From Dehalococcoidia bacterium (GTDB taxonomy: Bacteria; Chloroflexota; Dehalococcoidia; Plut-88900): 64,000 bases of DNA. Each line of letters opens with the position of its first letter. Within the stretch, counting starts at the first letter, position 1. Under the pieces are notes generated by a model, which ran no database searches, was not told the origin of the DNA, and worked only from the letters and a program-made list of their open reading frames with translations. This document shows, piece after piece, positions 32,006 to 41,663 of the stretch. The position numbers were made by a program, and so were the translations under genes. The stretch spans positions 352,001 through 416,000 of the forward strand of contig CBDFLQ010000006.1 of assembly GCA_965249275.1 (NCBI GenBank). The letters run 5' to 3'.

Positions 32006-32485
32006 CTACCTCACCGCAAACACCTGGTATCCGATGCACGGCCTCGGCAGGTCTTCCGGTATGAACCCCCGAGCCACACCCAGCGTGCCATTCAACCACC
32101 GGTAATTGTCCGAGGCTGTCTCGAACAGCACCGACACGTAGAAGTAGTTCTCGTCCTGCGAGGCCAGCTCTCCCCGTTTCTGCGCCTTGGTGAACTCCTC
32201 GCTGTACCGCAGGACTCCCTTATAGCTCATCATTATCACGTCTCCGCCCTCCGACTGAATCGTGATCCTCGCATCCACCTCCCCGACCCCGTCGCGGCGC
32301 ATCAGAAACGGGTCGCCTCCCCCATCCAGCACCGTCCCATTCAGCCGGGGCCCCTCCACCCGTGCCCCGGCCCGAGGATACGTAATCCTCCGAAGTCCCA
32401 GCGGCCCATCCCCTATGAAATGATGCGGCCCCTGCGGAATCCGCACTTCAAACAGAAACTCCGTCTCTATCTTCCTAGGCTCCAT
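32006..32485 (-). CDS. DUF3237 family protein
   Basis: VEGPRLNGTVL.GGGD...RRDG, FETASDNYRWLN; AAGGAG RBS before MEPRK. Confidence 0.85.
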   Translation of the reverse strand: MEPRKIETEFLFEVRIPQGPHHFIGDGPLGLRRITYPRAGARVEGPRLNGTVLDGGGDPFLMRRDGVGEVDARITIQSEGGDVIMMSYKGVLRYSEEFTKAQKRGELASQDENYFYVSVLFETASDNYRWLNGTLGVARGFIPEDLPRPCIGYQVFAVR

Positions 32486-32631
32486 CCCAATCTCCTTAAT
32501 CAAAAGTTGCAACCACCCCATTCTACCCTCCACGCCCACCTCTTTAACTGTCATCTACAATTCCGAGGCCCCGCGAGGAATCCAAGGCCTCAGTCCGCGG
32601 CTCACTTAGTCATATCCCCTCCTCAATCCTC

Positions 32632-32947
32632 CCCGTAGGGGCAGGTCCCGTGCCTGCCCTGTTCCCTCTTTGCCTTCCGTCATACCAGCACGTTCAAACG
32701 TGTCATTCCGAGGCTCCGCGAGGAATCTACAGCGTATATCTCCCCTAACTAGCCATTTGATTAGCCCATCTACACAAGGTTGAGTCCTACTTCTCGCCCA
32801 CTCCCTACCCGTAGGGGCAGGTCCCGTGCCTGCCCCGCTCCATCTTTGCTTTCCGTCATACCAGCACGTTCAAACGTGTCATTCCGAGGCTCCGCGAGGA
32901 ATCTAAGGCGTATATCTCCCCTAACTAGCCATTTGATTACCCCATCC
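32632..32947. repeat. Two ~176-bp tandem composite repeats (GTAG-type REP plus family A palindrome)
   Basis: GTAGGGGCAGGTCCCGTGCCTGCCC...GTCATTCCGAGGCTCCGCGAGGAATCT...CCCCTAACTAGCCATTTGATTA occurs twice. Confidence 0.9.
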
Positions 32948-33077
32948 ACAACAAGCTGAATACCTACTTCCCTCCCGCCCCCAAATTACGGCTCATCTAT
33001 CCTTCTCCCCCCTTGCCTCCCCACCCCTCTCCCCGATACCATCATCCCAGCCTAACCCTCCCCTTGGAGAACCTCAC

Positions 33078-33950
33078 ATGCCTAAAGCCAACGTCAACGG
33101 CTTAAACATTCACTACGAGACCCGTGGGCAGGGATTTCCCATCGTCTTCGTCCACGAATACGCGGGCAGCTGGGAGAGCTGGAACTCCCAGGTCGACTTC
33201 TTCTCACGAACCCACCTCACCGTCGCCTACAACGCCCGAGGCTATCCCCCCTCCGACGTCCCCACCGACCCAGACGCCTACTCCCAGCAGCACGCCGTCG
33301 ACGACCTCCACGGCATCCTCAAACACTTGGAAATCGAGCAGGCCTACATCTGCGGCCTCTCCATGGGAGGTAACGTCGCACTCCACTTCGCCTTCCAGCA
33401 CCCGGATATGACCCGCGGCATCGTCGTCGCCGGCACAGGCTCCGGCAGCACCGACTCTTCCCGATGGGGCCACCAAATCGAAGACCTCGCCATCAGGATG
33501 GAGACCCAAGGCATGGAGTCTATGGCCTTCTATACGAAAACACCCACCCGAGTCCAGCTCCTCCGCAAAGACCCCGACGCCTGGGAGGAGTTCAACCGGC
33601 TCTTCCTTTCCCATTCCGCCATCGGCTCCGCCCTGACCTTCAGGGGTGTCCAGGGCAAGAGGCCCTCGATTTTCGACCTCACTGATCAGTGCCGCCAGCT
33701 CTCCGTCCCGACCCTCATCATGGTCGGCGATGAAGACGCCCCCTGCATCGAGACCTCCATCTTCCTAAAGCGCAACATCCCCACTTCTGGGCTTCTGGTC
33801 TTCCCTCAGACCGGCCACACCATGAACCTCGAAGAGCCCGCCCTCTTCAGCCACTCAATCCAGATGTTCATCAAGGCCGTCGAAGAAGACCGCTGGGCCA
33901 CCCAGGACATCGAGCAGGACTCAAACTTCCTGGTCTCCCCCGACAAATAG
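33078..33950 (+). CDS. Alpha/beta hydrolase
   Basis: FVHEYAG, GLSMGG nucleophile elbow, GDED, TGHTMNLEEP. Confidence 0.9.
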   Translation: MPKANVNGLNIHYETRGQGFPIVFVHEYAGSWESWNSQVDFFSRTHLTVAYNARGYPPSDVPTDPDAYSQQHAVDDLHGILKHLEIEQAYICGLSMGGNVALHFAFQHPDMTRGIVVAGTGSGSTDSSRWGHQIEDLAIRMETQGMESMAFYTKTPTRVQLLRKDPDAWEEFNRLFLSHSAIGSALTFRGVQGKRPSIFDLTDQCRQLSVPTLIMVGDEDAPCIETSIFLKRNIPTSGLLVFPQTGHTMNLEEPALFSHSIQMFIKAVEEDRWATQDIEQDSNFLVSPDK

Positions 33951-34100
33951 TCCTCTCTCCCTTGATGGGACAGGGCTAGGGTGAGGGTGTTCCCCCACCC
34001 TTTTCCCTAGTCATTCCGGCCTCTGAGCCGGAATCCATCCCCCCGGGGCGGTCCCGCTCACCCTGAGCCGCGTCGAAGGGTCGAGCGGGGAGGGACCGCG
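33951..34100. repeat. Cluster of palindromic repeats (families D, A, B)
   Basis: CTCTCCCTTGATGGGACAGGGCTAGGGTGAGGGTG; GTCATTCCGGC..GCCGGAATCC; CCGCTCACCCTGAGC..GTCGAAGGGTCGAGCGG. Confidence 0.8.
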
Positions 34101-34160
34101 TACGCTAAGAGTTCTGAAAGTCCGCAGTGTTGGGTCTAAGGGTCTAGCCGGGGATTTCCC

Positions 34161-35240
34161 CTACAACGAATAATGCTCCCGCGCCGCCAGGTGCGACGGA
34201 TCATCCAGCCGAAACGTATCCGGGTTCCGACCCCTGTCCAGCGCCAGCCAATACGTGAACAATTGCAGCGGAACCAGGTACACGATCGGGGACAGCGCCT
34301 CCGACACCTTCGGCAATCTGACTACAACATCCGCCACCGACGACATCTCCCCATCCCCATCCTCCACTAACGCCGCCAACCCTCCGCCCGTGGCCTTAAC
34401 CGCCTTCCCTATCTCCACGGCCCGCCCGTAACCCGGCCCCGGCGGCGCGACCAGCGTCACTACACATCGCTGGTCCGTAGCCACGTACGGGCCGTGCAGG
34501 AACTGCTCCACTTGGAATGCCGTGGTAACGTCGTAAGCCGCCTCGTTGATTTTCAGTGCGGCCTCGTAGGCCGTGGATGCGTTCGGCCCCCAGCCCGCAA
34601 AGCAGTACCACCCGTAGTCCCGCACCTTCGCCACCATCGACTTTACATCCGGCTCAGTCTTCAACGCCTCAGCCACGGCATCGGGCATACTCTTGAGTTC
34701 CTCAGCCAAAGCCTCGCCCCCCGCCACCTTCGAGGCCACCATCGCCAGCGCGGTCATCGCCCCCGTGTGACTGATCGTGAACGCCGATGACCGGTCCCGA
34801 TATGTCGTCCTCAGCACCACGTCCGCTTGGTCCACCTTGGCCTCAGACGTCAAACACGTCACCAACGCCGTCGAAGCCCCCGACGCCTTCGCCAGGTCCA
34901 GTGCCTCCCCCGAGTAGCGCTTCGTCCCGCTGTGCGCCATCACAATCACCAGGTCATCCCCCGAAAGTGGTGGTGGATACGACGCAAACTCGAATGAATG
35001 CCACGCCCGCGCCTCCGCCAACCCTACCGACCTGAACAGATGCTCCCCGACAAGCGCTGCATGCCACGACGTCCCGATCCCACACAAGTACACCCTCCTC
35101 GCCCCCGAAGCCAACCCCGCCAGCTCTTCTGCGGCGGCTCCTTGGCTGTCCAATATCTTGGCAATCGCCTCGGGCTGGTCTTGAATGCAATCGTGCATAT
35201 AGTAGGGGTGCTCTTGCCGTGGCGGCGGTTTCTTGGCCAT
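34161..35240 (-). CDS. Double-SIS domain protein (GlmS isomerase-like / sugar-amine deglycase)
   Basis: IQDQP, GIGTSWHAA, HSGT, EAALKINE, HGP, GRNPD; no glutaminase domain. Confidence 0.85.
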   Translation of the reverse strand: MAKKPPPRQEHPYYMHDCIQDQPEAIAKILDSQGAAAEELAGLASGARRVYLCGIGTSWHAALVGEHLFRSVGLAEARAWHSFEFASYPPPLSGDDLVIVMAHSGTKRYSGEALDLAKASGASTALVTCLTSEAKVDQADVVLRTTYRDRSSAFTISHTGAMTALAMVASKVAGGEALAEELKSMPDAVAEALKTEPDVKSMVAKVRDYGWYCFAGWGPNASTAYEAALKINEAAYDVTTAFQVEQFLHGPYVATDQRCVVTLVAPPGPGYGRAVEIGKAVKATGGGLAALVEDGDGEMSSVADVVVRLPKVSEALSPIVYLVPLQLFTYWLALDRGRNPDTFRLDDPSHLAAREHYSL

Positions 35241-35541
35241 TTCCATACTCCTGTCTAAATTGAAGAATCGGGAGTATAGCCCCCACTCCTCCATTCGGCA
35301 ACGCTCCCCTCCCCTATAAAAGACCTAAAACAGGGCGTGTGGGCTGCAAGTCCGCCTCTGGAGGACGGGAACCGATTCAATCCGGCGATAGCTTGAAGTG
35401 ACCAGTCCTCCTATGTCCCACCACCCCCTTGCCCCCCACCCCCATTTCTACCTATCCTATACTTAACATCACCTCCAAACTCGATTACCCCCGCATGCCA
35501 ATGAAACAATCAACTGTCAGTTTCATCCTTGCCCTCCAGAA

Positions 35542-36273
35542 ATGTTCAACAAACCAGTAGCAATTGCCGACGGCGTTTTCCAGTTTCGCGCCGTCGGGTC
35601 CCGAGTCACCGTCCTGACCGAGCCCGGTGACGCCATTCTCATCGACGCCGGTTTCCCCGGAAGCTACCGCGCCATTACCCGCGGCCTCACGGAGTGCGGA
35701 CTCTCACTCGACCGGATAAGCCGGGTTGTCATTACCCACGCTCATCCCGACCACTCCGGCGGTCTCGCCGAGCTCGCTGCCGCTGCTGACTTCTCTGTAG
35801 CTGTCCACCACTCTGAGGCAGATATCATCGAGGGCATTACACCCGCCCCCAATCCCCTCCGTTTACCCTTCCTGGCCTCCGTTGCCCAGCCCGCCCTTGA
35901 CAGGCTCACCGGCAACCCCGTACCCGTCGCCCTACGACTACACGACGGTGACCTCATCCCCTTCCCCACTGAACTCCGAGTCGTCCATCTCCCAGGTCAC
36001 ACCCCCGGCAGCATCGCCCTTTACATGCCACAGAAGGGCATAGTCATCGTCGGCGACGCCCTCCAGTACAAGTTCGGCTGGAGGCTCTATCCCCCAGCCC
36101 CCGGCGTCACCCACTCTCCTGAGCAGGCCATGCAATCCCTGGAGAAACTCCTCGATCTCGACTTCCACACCATCTGCTTCAGCCACTTTCCGCCCCTCCA
36201 GAAAGACGCCCGAGACTCCCTCCGGCGCCTCATAGAACGTCACGCTAGCCGGGCCTCCGTCGCGCCGTGCTAA
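35542..36273 (+). CDS. Metallo-beta-lactamase fold hydrolase
   Basis: THAHPDHSGG, PGHTPG, VGDA. Confidence 0.9.
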   Translation: MFNKPVAIADGVFQFRAVGSRVTVLTEPGDAILIDAGFPGSYRAITRGLTECGLSLDRISRVVITHAHPDHSGGLAELAAAADFSVAVHHSEADIIEGITPAPNPLRLPFLASVAQPALDRLTGNPVPVALRLHDGDLIPFPTELRVVHLPGHTPGSIALYMPQKGIVIVGDALQYKFGWRLYPPAPGVTHSPEQAMQSLEKLLDLDFHTICFSHFPPLQKDARDSLRRLIERHASRASVAPC

Positions 36274-36288
36274 ACTGCCTCTAATAAG

Positions 36289-38787
36289 ATGTCCAAGCCT
36301 CATACCCCGGTTCCCGACACCATTGTCGACTTCCTGCGCGAAGCCTCAGTTCGCCACGGGCCCCGCGACGCCCTTCTAATTAAACCCGCCTTCCGCTACA
36401 TCCGCTGGACCTACGACCGCCTCTGGGAAGATTCAGGCCGTGTCGCCACCCTCCTCCAGCGCCGTGGCTTAAGTAAGGGAGATCAGGTCATCCTCTGGGG
36501 TCCCAATTCTCCCCACTGGGTCCTCGCATTCTTCGGATGCCTCCGGGCAGGGGTTGTCCTGATACCCCTTGACCTTCGCAGCGCTCCCGACTACGTATCC
36601 CGCGTCATTTCCCGCACCGAGCCCAAGCTCGCCTTCACATCCCGCTTCACACCTAAAGGTGACGTCGACCTCGGCGTACCGGAGATCACCTTCGAGGAGA
36701 TGGAGTTGGCCATCGCCGACCTCCCTGTCCCCGACCCTGTCCCCATCCAACCCGACGATCTCGCCGAAATTATGTTCACCTCTGGCACTACCGGAGATCC
36801 CAAGGGTGTAATGCTCACCCACCGCAATCTCACCGCCAACATCGAAGGCATCTCCCATTACATCTCCGTCGACTCTTCCAGCAGGCTCCTGTCCATCCTC
36901 CCTCTCAGCCACATGTATGAGCAGATGGGCGGCCTATTTTTCACCCTCCACTCCGGCGCCAGCGTCACCTATCCCACAAGCAGACAGCCCACCGTCCTCT
37001 CCCGCACAATGCGCGAACGCAAAATCACCACCATGCTAATGGTGCCCCAGGCCCTGGAACTGCTAATGAACGGCATCGAGCGTGAGGTGATCAGACAAGG
37101 CAAGGAGCGGCTCTGGAAGAAGCTCCTTAAGGTAGCCGAGCGAACCCCCTTCGGCCTCCGCCGACACCTCTTCCGCTCCGTCCACAAGCAGTTCGGTGGC
37201 AAGCTTGACCTCATCGTCTCCGGCGGCGCGCCCCTTGACCGGGACCTGGGCCGCAAGTGGGAGATGCTTGGTATCAAGGTCCTCCAGGGCTATGGCGCCA
37301 CCGAGGCTTCACCCGTCATCAGCAATCACACCATGGATGAACGCCGCCCCGACTCCACTGGCCGGCCTTTGCCCAATGTCCAGGTCAAGATCAGCGAGCA
37401 GGGCGAAATCCTGGTGAAAGGCGATAACATCACCCCCGGCTACTACAACGCCCCCGAAGAAACCGCCAAGGCCTTCGAAGATGGATGGTACAAGACCGGC
37501 GACCTAGGCTACTTCGACAAGGATGGCTTCCTCCACATCCAGGGCCGGGTCAAGGACATGATCGTCCTCTCCAGCGGCCAGAACGTCTTTCCCCAGGACA
37601 TTCAAACCGTGCTGGTAAAACACCCAAGCGTCAAGGACGCAGTCGTAATAGGACTACCCAAGGGCACGTCCGTAGAGGTTCACGCCGCCCTCATCCTGAC
37701 CGACCCCGATTTCGCCAGGCAGGCCGTCGAATGGGCCAACTCCCAACTCGCCGAGCAACAGCGAGTCCGCGGCTTCACCATATGGCCCGACGAAGACTTT
37801 CCCCGTACCCACACGCTAAAGGTCAAGAATCAGGTCGTCATCGATACCATCCTCCGTGGTGCCGAGCAATCGACCTCCTCGTCTCCCCGCCCCTCCTCCA
37901 CCCCTCCAACCGGCACCCGAGACCTGATGAGCATCATCGCCGAACTAAGCCGCCGTGACCTCGAACTGGTCAACGATACCGCTAGCCTGGGAGACGACCT
38001 GGACCTCGACTCTCTAGGCCGCATTGAACTCCTCTCCGCTATAGAGACGGAGTTGGGCGTATATCTCGATGAATCCAAAGTCTCTCCAGAGACTACCGTT
38101 CGCCAGCTATCTTCCATGGTCGAAGAAGGCTCCAGGCGCCCGCCGATGGTCAAGTTCCCCGCCTGGGGAATGCGAATGTGGGCCCGCATGGCCCGCGGAT
38201 TACTCCAGCAGGGCCTTGTCTTTCCCCTCATAACTCTCGCCTACGGACTCAAAGTGTCGGGCAAAGACAACCTTGCTGGGTTGACCGGCCCCGTGCTCTT
38301 CGCTTCCAATCACCACCTGGGACTGGACAACCCTCTCATTTTCAAAGCCGTGACCCGACGCTGGAGAAGTCGTTTGGCCGTCGCCGCCGCCGCCGAGCTA
38401 TGGAGCAACCCCATCTGGTGGGTATTGAACCCACTCTTGGGCAACGGATTCCCCATCGCCAGGACGGGCCCCATCAGACCCAGCCTTGAAAACCTGGGAA
38501 GTATCATGGACCGCGGCTGGTCGGTCCTAATCTACCCGGAGGGCGTGCTTACCGTGGGAGGTCCGATGAAACCCTTCATGCAAGGCGCAGGTCTCGTGGC
38601 AGTGGAAGGCCGAGTCCCCGTCGTGCCCATGCGGCTGGACGTCACAAAGTTAGGCTCACCCTCCCGGCTTCCCCTCCTCCGACGTGGCCGAGTCAAAATC
38701 CGATTCGGCTCTCCCCTCACCTTCCCCCCCGGCACCGACTACCAGGAAGCAACCTCAACCATAGAGGAAGCCGTCAAAGCCCTCTAA
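36289..38787 (+). CDS. AMP-binding (acyl ligase) - ACP - PlsC acyltransferase fusion
   Basis: FTSGTTGDPKG, QGYGATE, YKTGDLG; LDLDSLGRIEL phosphopantetheine site; NHHLGLD and YPEG. Confidence 0.88.
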   Translation: MSKPHTPVPDTIVDFLREASVRHGPRDALLIKPAFRYIRWTYDRLWEDSGRVATLLQRRGLSKGDQVILWGPNSPHWVLAFFGCLRAGVVLIPLDLRSAPDYVSRVISRTEPKLAFTSRFTPKGDVDLGVPEITFEEMELAIADLPVPDPVPIQPDDLAEIMFTSGTTGDPKGVMLTHRNLTANIEGISHYISVDSSSRLLSILPLSHMYEQMGGLFFTLHSGASVTYPTSRQPTVLSRTMRERKITTMLMVPQALELLMNGIEREVIRQGKERLWKKLLKVAERTPFGLRRHLFRSVHKQFGGKLDLIVSGGAPLDRDLGRKWEMLGIKVLQGYGATEASPVISNHTMDERRPDSTGRPLPNVQVKISEQGEILVKGDNITPGYYNAPEETAKAFEDGWYKTGDLGYFDKDGFLHIQGRVKDMIVLSSGQNVFPQDIQTVLVKHPSVKDAVVIGLPKGTSVEVHAALILTDPDFARQAVEWANSQLAEQQRVRGFTIWPDEDFPRTHTLKVKNQVVIDTILRGAEQSTSSSPRPSSTPPTGTRDLMSIIAELSRRDLELVNDTASLGDDLDLDSLGRIELLSAIETELGVYLDESKVSPETTVRQLSSMVEEGSRRPPMVKFPAWGMRMWARMARGLLQQGLVFPLITLAYGLKVSGKDNLAGLTGPVLFASNHHLGLDNPLIFKAVTRRWRSRLAVAAAAELWSNPIWWVLNPLLGNGFPIARTGPIRPSLENLGSIMDRGWSVLIYPEGVLTVGGPMKPFMQGAGLVAVEGRVPVVPMRLDVTKLGSPSRLPLLRRGRVKIRFGSPLTFPPGTDYQEATSTIEEAVKAL

Positions 38788-38816
38788 CTGCCTACCCAAT
38801 CCCCCCCTCCCTCGAC

Positions 38817-39342
38817 GAGACCTTTGCGTAACCACTGCTGGAGGGGCTGGGGCCGCTCGTGCTGAGGCTCTCGAAGTATGAGCGGAAGAGGGGTATGGCG
38901 ATCAGAATGGTAAAAGGGGCCTGTTCTGCAGTTACGCAAAGGGCTCGCGATGGGTCGAGCATGCGCCGTGGCCTGAACCCCTCTCCCTCGATGAGACCTT
39001 TGCGTAATCACTGCTGGAGGGGCTGGGGCCGCTCGTGCTGAGCCCCGTCGAAGTATGAGCGGGGGAGGGGTTTGGCGATCAGAATGGTAAAAGGGGCCTG
39101 TTCTGCAGTTACGCAAAGGGCTCGCGAGGGGTCGAACATACGCCGTAGCCTGAACCCCTCTCCCTCGATGAGACCTTTGCGTAATCACTGCTGGAGGGGC
39201 TGGGGCCGCTCGTGCTGAGCCCCGTCGAAGTATGAGCGGGGGAGGGGTTTGGCGATCAGAATGGTAAAAGGGGCCTGTTCTGCAGTTACGCAAAGGGCTC
39301 GCGAGGGGTCGAGCGTGCGCCGTCGCCCTGAACCCCTCCCCC
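38817..39342. mobile_element. Three tandem ~130-bp MITE copies (period ~177 bp)
   Basis: Units 38817-38946, 38993-39123 and 39170-39300, each GAGACCTTTGCGTAA...TTACGCAAAGGGCTC with an internal family B motif, separated by ~46-bp conserved spacers. Confidence 0.85.
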
Positions 39343-39375
39343 GTAAAGATGCCTCTCGCGATCGCCTCCCCTCGC

Positions 39376-39927
39376 CTAAATAGGCAGCAAAGGCGTAGCC
39401 CCCGCATCCACCTCCACCTCGAACGTGTTCAGCGCCCCGGCTAGGAGTGCATAGTATCCAGTCGTCACCGTAAGGTCCGCCACCCCCTGCGCCCCAAACC
39501 TGGCGTAAGCCGCTTCATAGACACCCTGTGACACGTTGTGCTTGCGTATCGTCTCCAGCACATAGTTGCAGACCACGGCTTCTTCATCACTCAACCCCGA
39601 GGGCGCCCTCCGGTCCCGCACGGCCATAATGGCCTCTTCACGCACCCCCGCCTTCCGAGCCTCAGGCTCGTGATAGGTCCATTCGTACTGGCAGTCCCAC
39701 TCCCGAGCCGTCACCAGAATCGTCAGTTCCTTGACATCCGCCGGGAGGCTGGACTCGAACCTGATGTAAGCCCCCAGGTGCGCCGCGCGGCGCGACATCT
39801 CCGGGCTGTTGAGCAGCACGGAAAACGGCCCCGACACCTCCCCCCGGCTCCCCCTTATCTCATCGTAGGCAACCTGCCCGCCTTCGGGCGCGTCTTCCCT
39901 GTTCCTGATCCTGGGAATCCTGGTCAT
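39376..39927 (-). CDS. Carboxymuconolactone decarboxylase (AhpD-like) family protein
   Basis: GPFSVLLNSP, ELTILVTAR...YEWTYH..EARKAG. Confidence 0.85.
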   Translation of the reverse strand: MTRIPRIRNREDAPEGGQVAYDEIRGSRGEVSGPFSVLLNSPEMSRRAAHLGAYIRFESSLPADVKELTILVTAREWDCQYEWTYHEPEARKAGVREEAIMAVRDRRAPSGLSDEEAVVCNYVLETIRKHNVSQGVYEAAYARFGAQGVADLTVTTGYYALLAGALNTFEVEVDAGATPLLPI

Positions 39928-40006
39928 TAGATGCTTTCCTCCTGCTATTACTACCCCAAAAACCCTGTTCCTTGCTCAACCCACCTTATCACGCAACTGT
40001 CCTTCA

Positions 40007-40208
40007 CATTGTCATTCCCATGCGCCGTCATACTCTCATCCCGAGGCCTTGCTTTAGTCTCATTCCAAGGCGCCGACTTACTGTTATCCCAAAGCCCTGA
40101 CTTACTGTCATTCCAATGCACCGTCATACTCTCATCCCGAAGCCCCGTGTTACTCTCATGCCAACGCCCCGTTTTACTGTCATTCCGAGGCTCCGCGAGG
40201 AATCTAGG
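40007..40208. repeat. Degenerate 24-bp tandem array (8 units) ending in a full family A palindrome
   Basis: Units start at 40007, 40031, 40055, 40079, 40103, 40127, 40151 and 40175; consensus TACTSTCATYCCRANGCNCCGNNN. Confidence 0.8.
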
Positions 40209-40246
40209 ACTTGCCCGCTCACTTCATTACCTGATCGCTTCCTCCC

Positions 40247-41620
40247 CTACTTTGCCGGACTCCTCTTCAGCAACGATGCTATTACCAACGCCCCACCTAT
40301 CATCATAATCACAATCGTCGGCACTATCAGGCTGCCAGTGACATCCGTGAGCATCGATGTACCCACATCAATCCCAAGCTGGCACAAAGCCGGCTCCACA
40401 TCCGATGCCCTGCCCGCCAGTCCGTCGCACCCCGCATGCCCCACCTCAAGGAAAGATGCAAACATATTGGGAAGTTGCGCGCGCAAAGCCAGGGCAATTC
40501 CCAGGAACGCGCCGCCGGAAAGCAGGATCGCCAGGCCCGGCCAGCCCATGAAGGATTTGAGGCCTGGCAAGTGCACCAGTCCTAACAGAACGCTGAACAC
40601 GACAATCGCCAATATGCCCCCCCAGGAACCCGCTGTCTTCCCGCGGGTCAACCACTCCCGGACTTGATCCACGTCCGCCAGCACCTCTCCTTTGCTCACA
40701 CCCCGGTTCTTTGCGATCTTCCTCAGTGGATCGAACCGGTCCTGGTCGTCCAACTGGTTCTCTCGGAACTCCTCTAACGCGTTGTCGATGAGCGGCCCAG
40801 CTAACGGTTCCACCGCTATTACCAGGACCCGAGTGAGCGCCTCCCGAGAGTCGGGCAATAACAGAGCCTCGTTGACCTCTTTGTCAAACTGGTCCAGCAG
40901 GGCAAGCAAGTCCAGCGAAAACCCCTTCTCCCTAGCCTCGACCTTCGCTTGAGCATATACCGCGGGCCTGAGTTCCGGTGGCACACCCACTAGAGACGGC
41001 GCCGTGACCGGAAACTGTGGGTCTTCCAGTTGGATAAGCGTATCCGCCAGTTGAAGGCTAAAGGTCTCTACCCGGTCTTGAAGAGTGCCTTCCGGCGGAG
41101 GCAGTATCACCAGGTTGTTCTCCACCGCTTTCGCCAGGAAGCGAACCAAGGCAGGCTTGGCGGTCCCCTCTACAGGCTCGACGCCCTCAGGGGTTGGCAC
41201 GCCCGTGCCGATAATCGGCCGAAAATGAATGTAGACGTCTGGTACGGCTATCGGCTCGTTGGTGGCCGGATCAGTTTCTTCGTTGAGATACTCCACCGCC
41301 CCGCCCACCGCTCCCTCCACCTGACGCCGAAGCTGAGGCGGCGACAGAATGCCCTTGATCAGCGGCTCCACGTCTTCTTCCTCAATCCGGATGCCACCTA
41401 GGAAGTTGGCCCTGTCATCCTCCTGGATCTGCCTCGTCACCTCGGGGACTAGGACCGCGTCATAGAGACGGTTATAGACGTCGTTCTCCGAAAAATGCTC
41501 GAGGTAAAAGTCCTCGGATAAGAAGTGGGAGCGCAGCGAATCTGTAGTCAGATAGCTCAGCACGCCGAGGAAAATCACTACCCCCAGCGCCAAGCTTATG
41601 ATGACTTTGAAGAGGCCCAT
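40247..41620 (-). CDS. Hypothetical membrane protein
   Basis: 457-aa ORF with an N-terminal TM, a large soluble region and 3 C-terminal TMs; directly follows ispH. Confidence 0.75.
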   Translation of the reverse strand: MGLFKVIISLALGVVIFLGVLSYLTTDSLRSHFLSEDFYLEHFSENDVYNRLYDAVLVPEVTRQIQEDDRANFLGGIRIEEEDVEPLIKGILSPPQLRRQVEGAVGGAVEYLNEETDPATNEPIAVPDVYIHFRPIIGTGVPTPEGVEPVEGTAKPALVRFLAKAVENNLVILPPPEGTLQDRVETFSLQLADTLIQLEDPQFPVTAPSLVGVPPELRPAVYAQAKVEAREKGFSLDLLALLDQFDKEVNEALLLPDSREALTRVLVIAVEPLAGPLIDNALEEFRENQLDDQDRFDPLRKIAKNRGVSKGEVLADVDQVREWLTRGKTAGSWGGILAIVVFSVLLGLVHLPGLKSFMGWPGLAILLSGGAFLGIALALRAQLPNMFASFLEVGHAGCDGLAGRASDVEPALCQLGIDVGTSMLTDVTGSLIVPTIVIMMIGGALVIASLLKRSPAK

Positions 41621-41663
41621 GCTTCAGATCAACGGCAGCGCTGAGCGCCGGGGAGGCCGACCG

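Noticed and set aside
38784-39407. 207-aa repetitive ORF
   Set aside because: Translation of the MITE array
39931-40308. 125-aa ORF with 8-aa periodicity
   Set aside because: Explained by the 24-bp DNA array; overlaps a real gene
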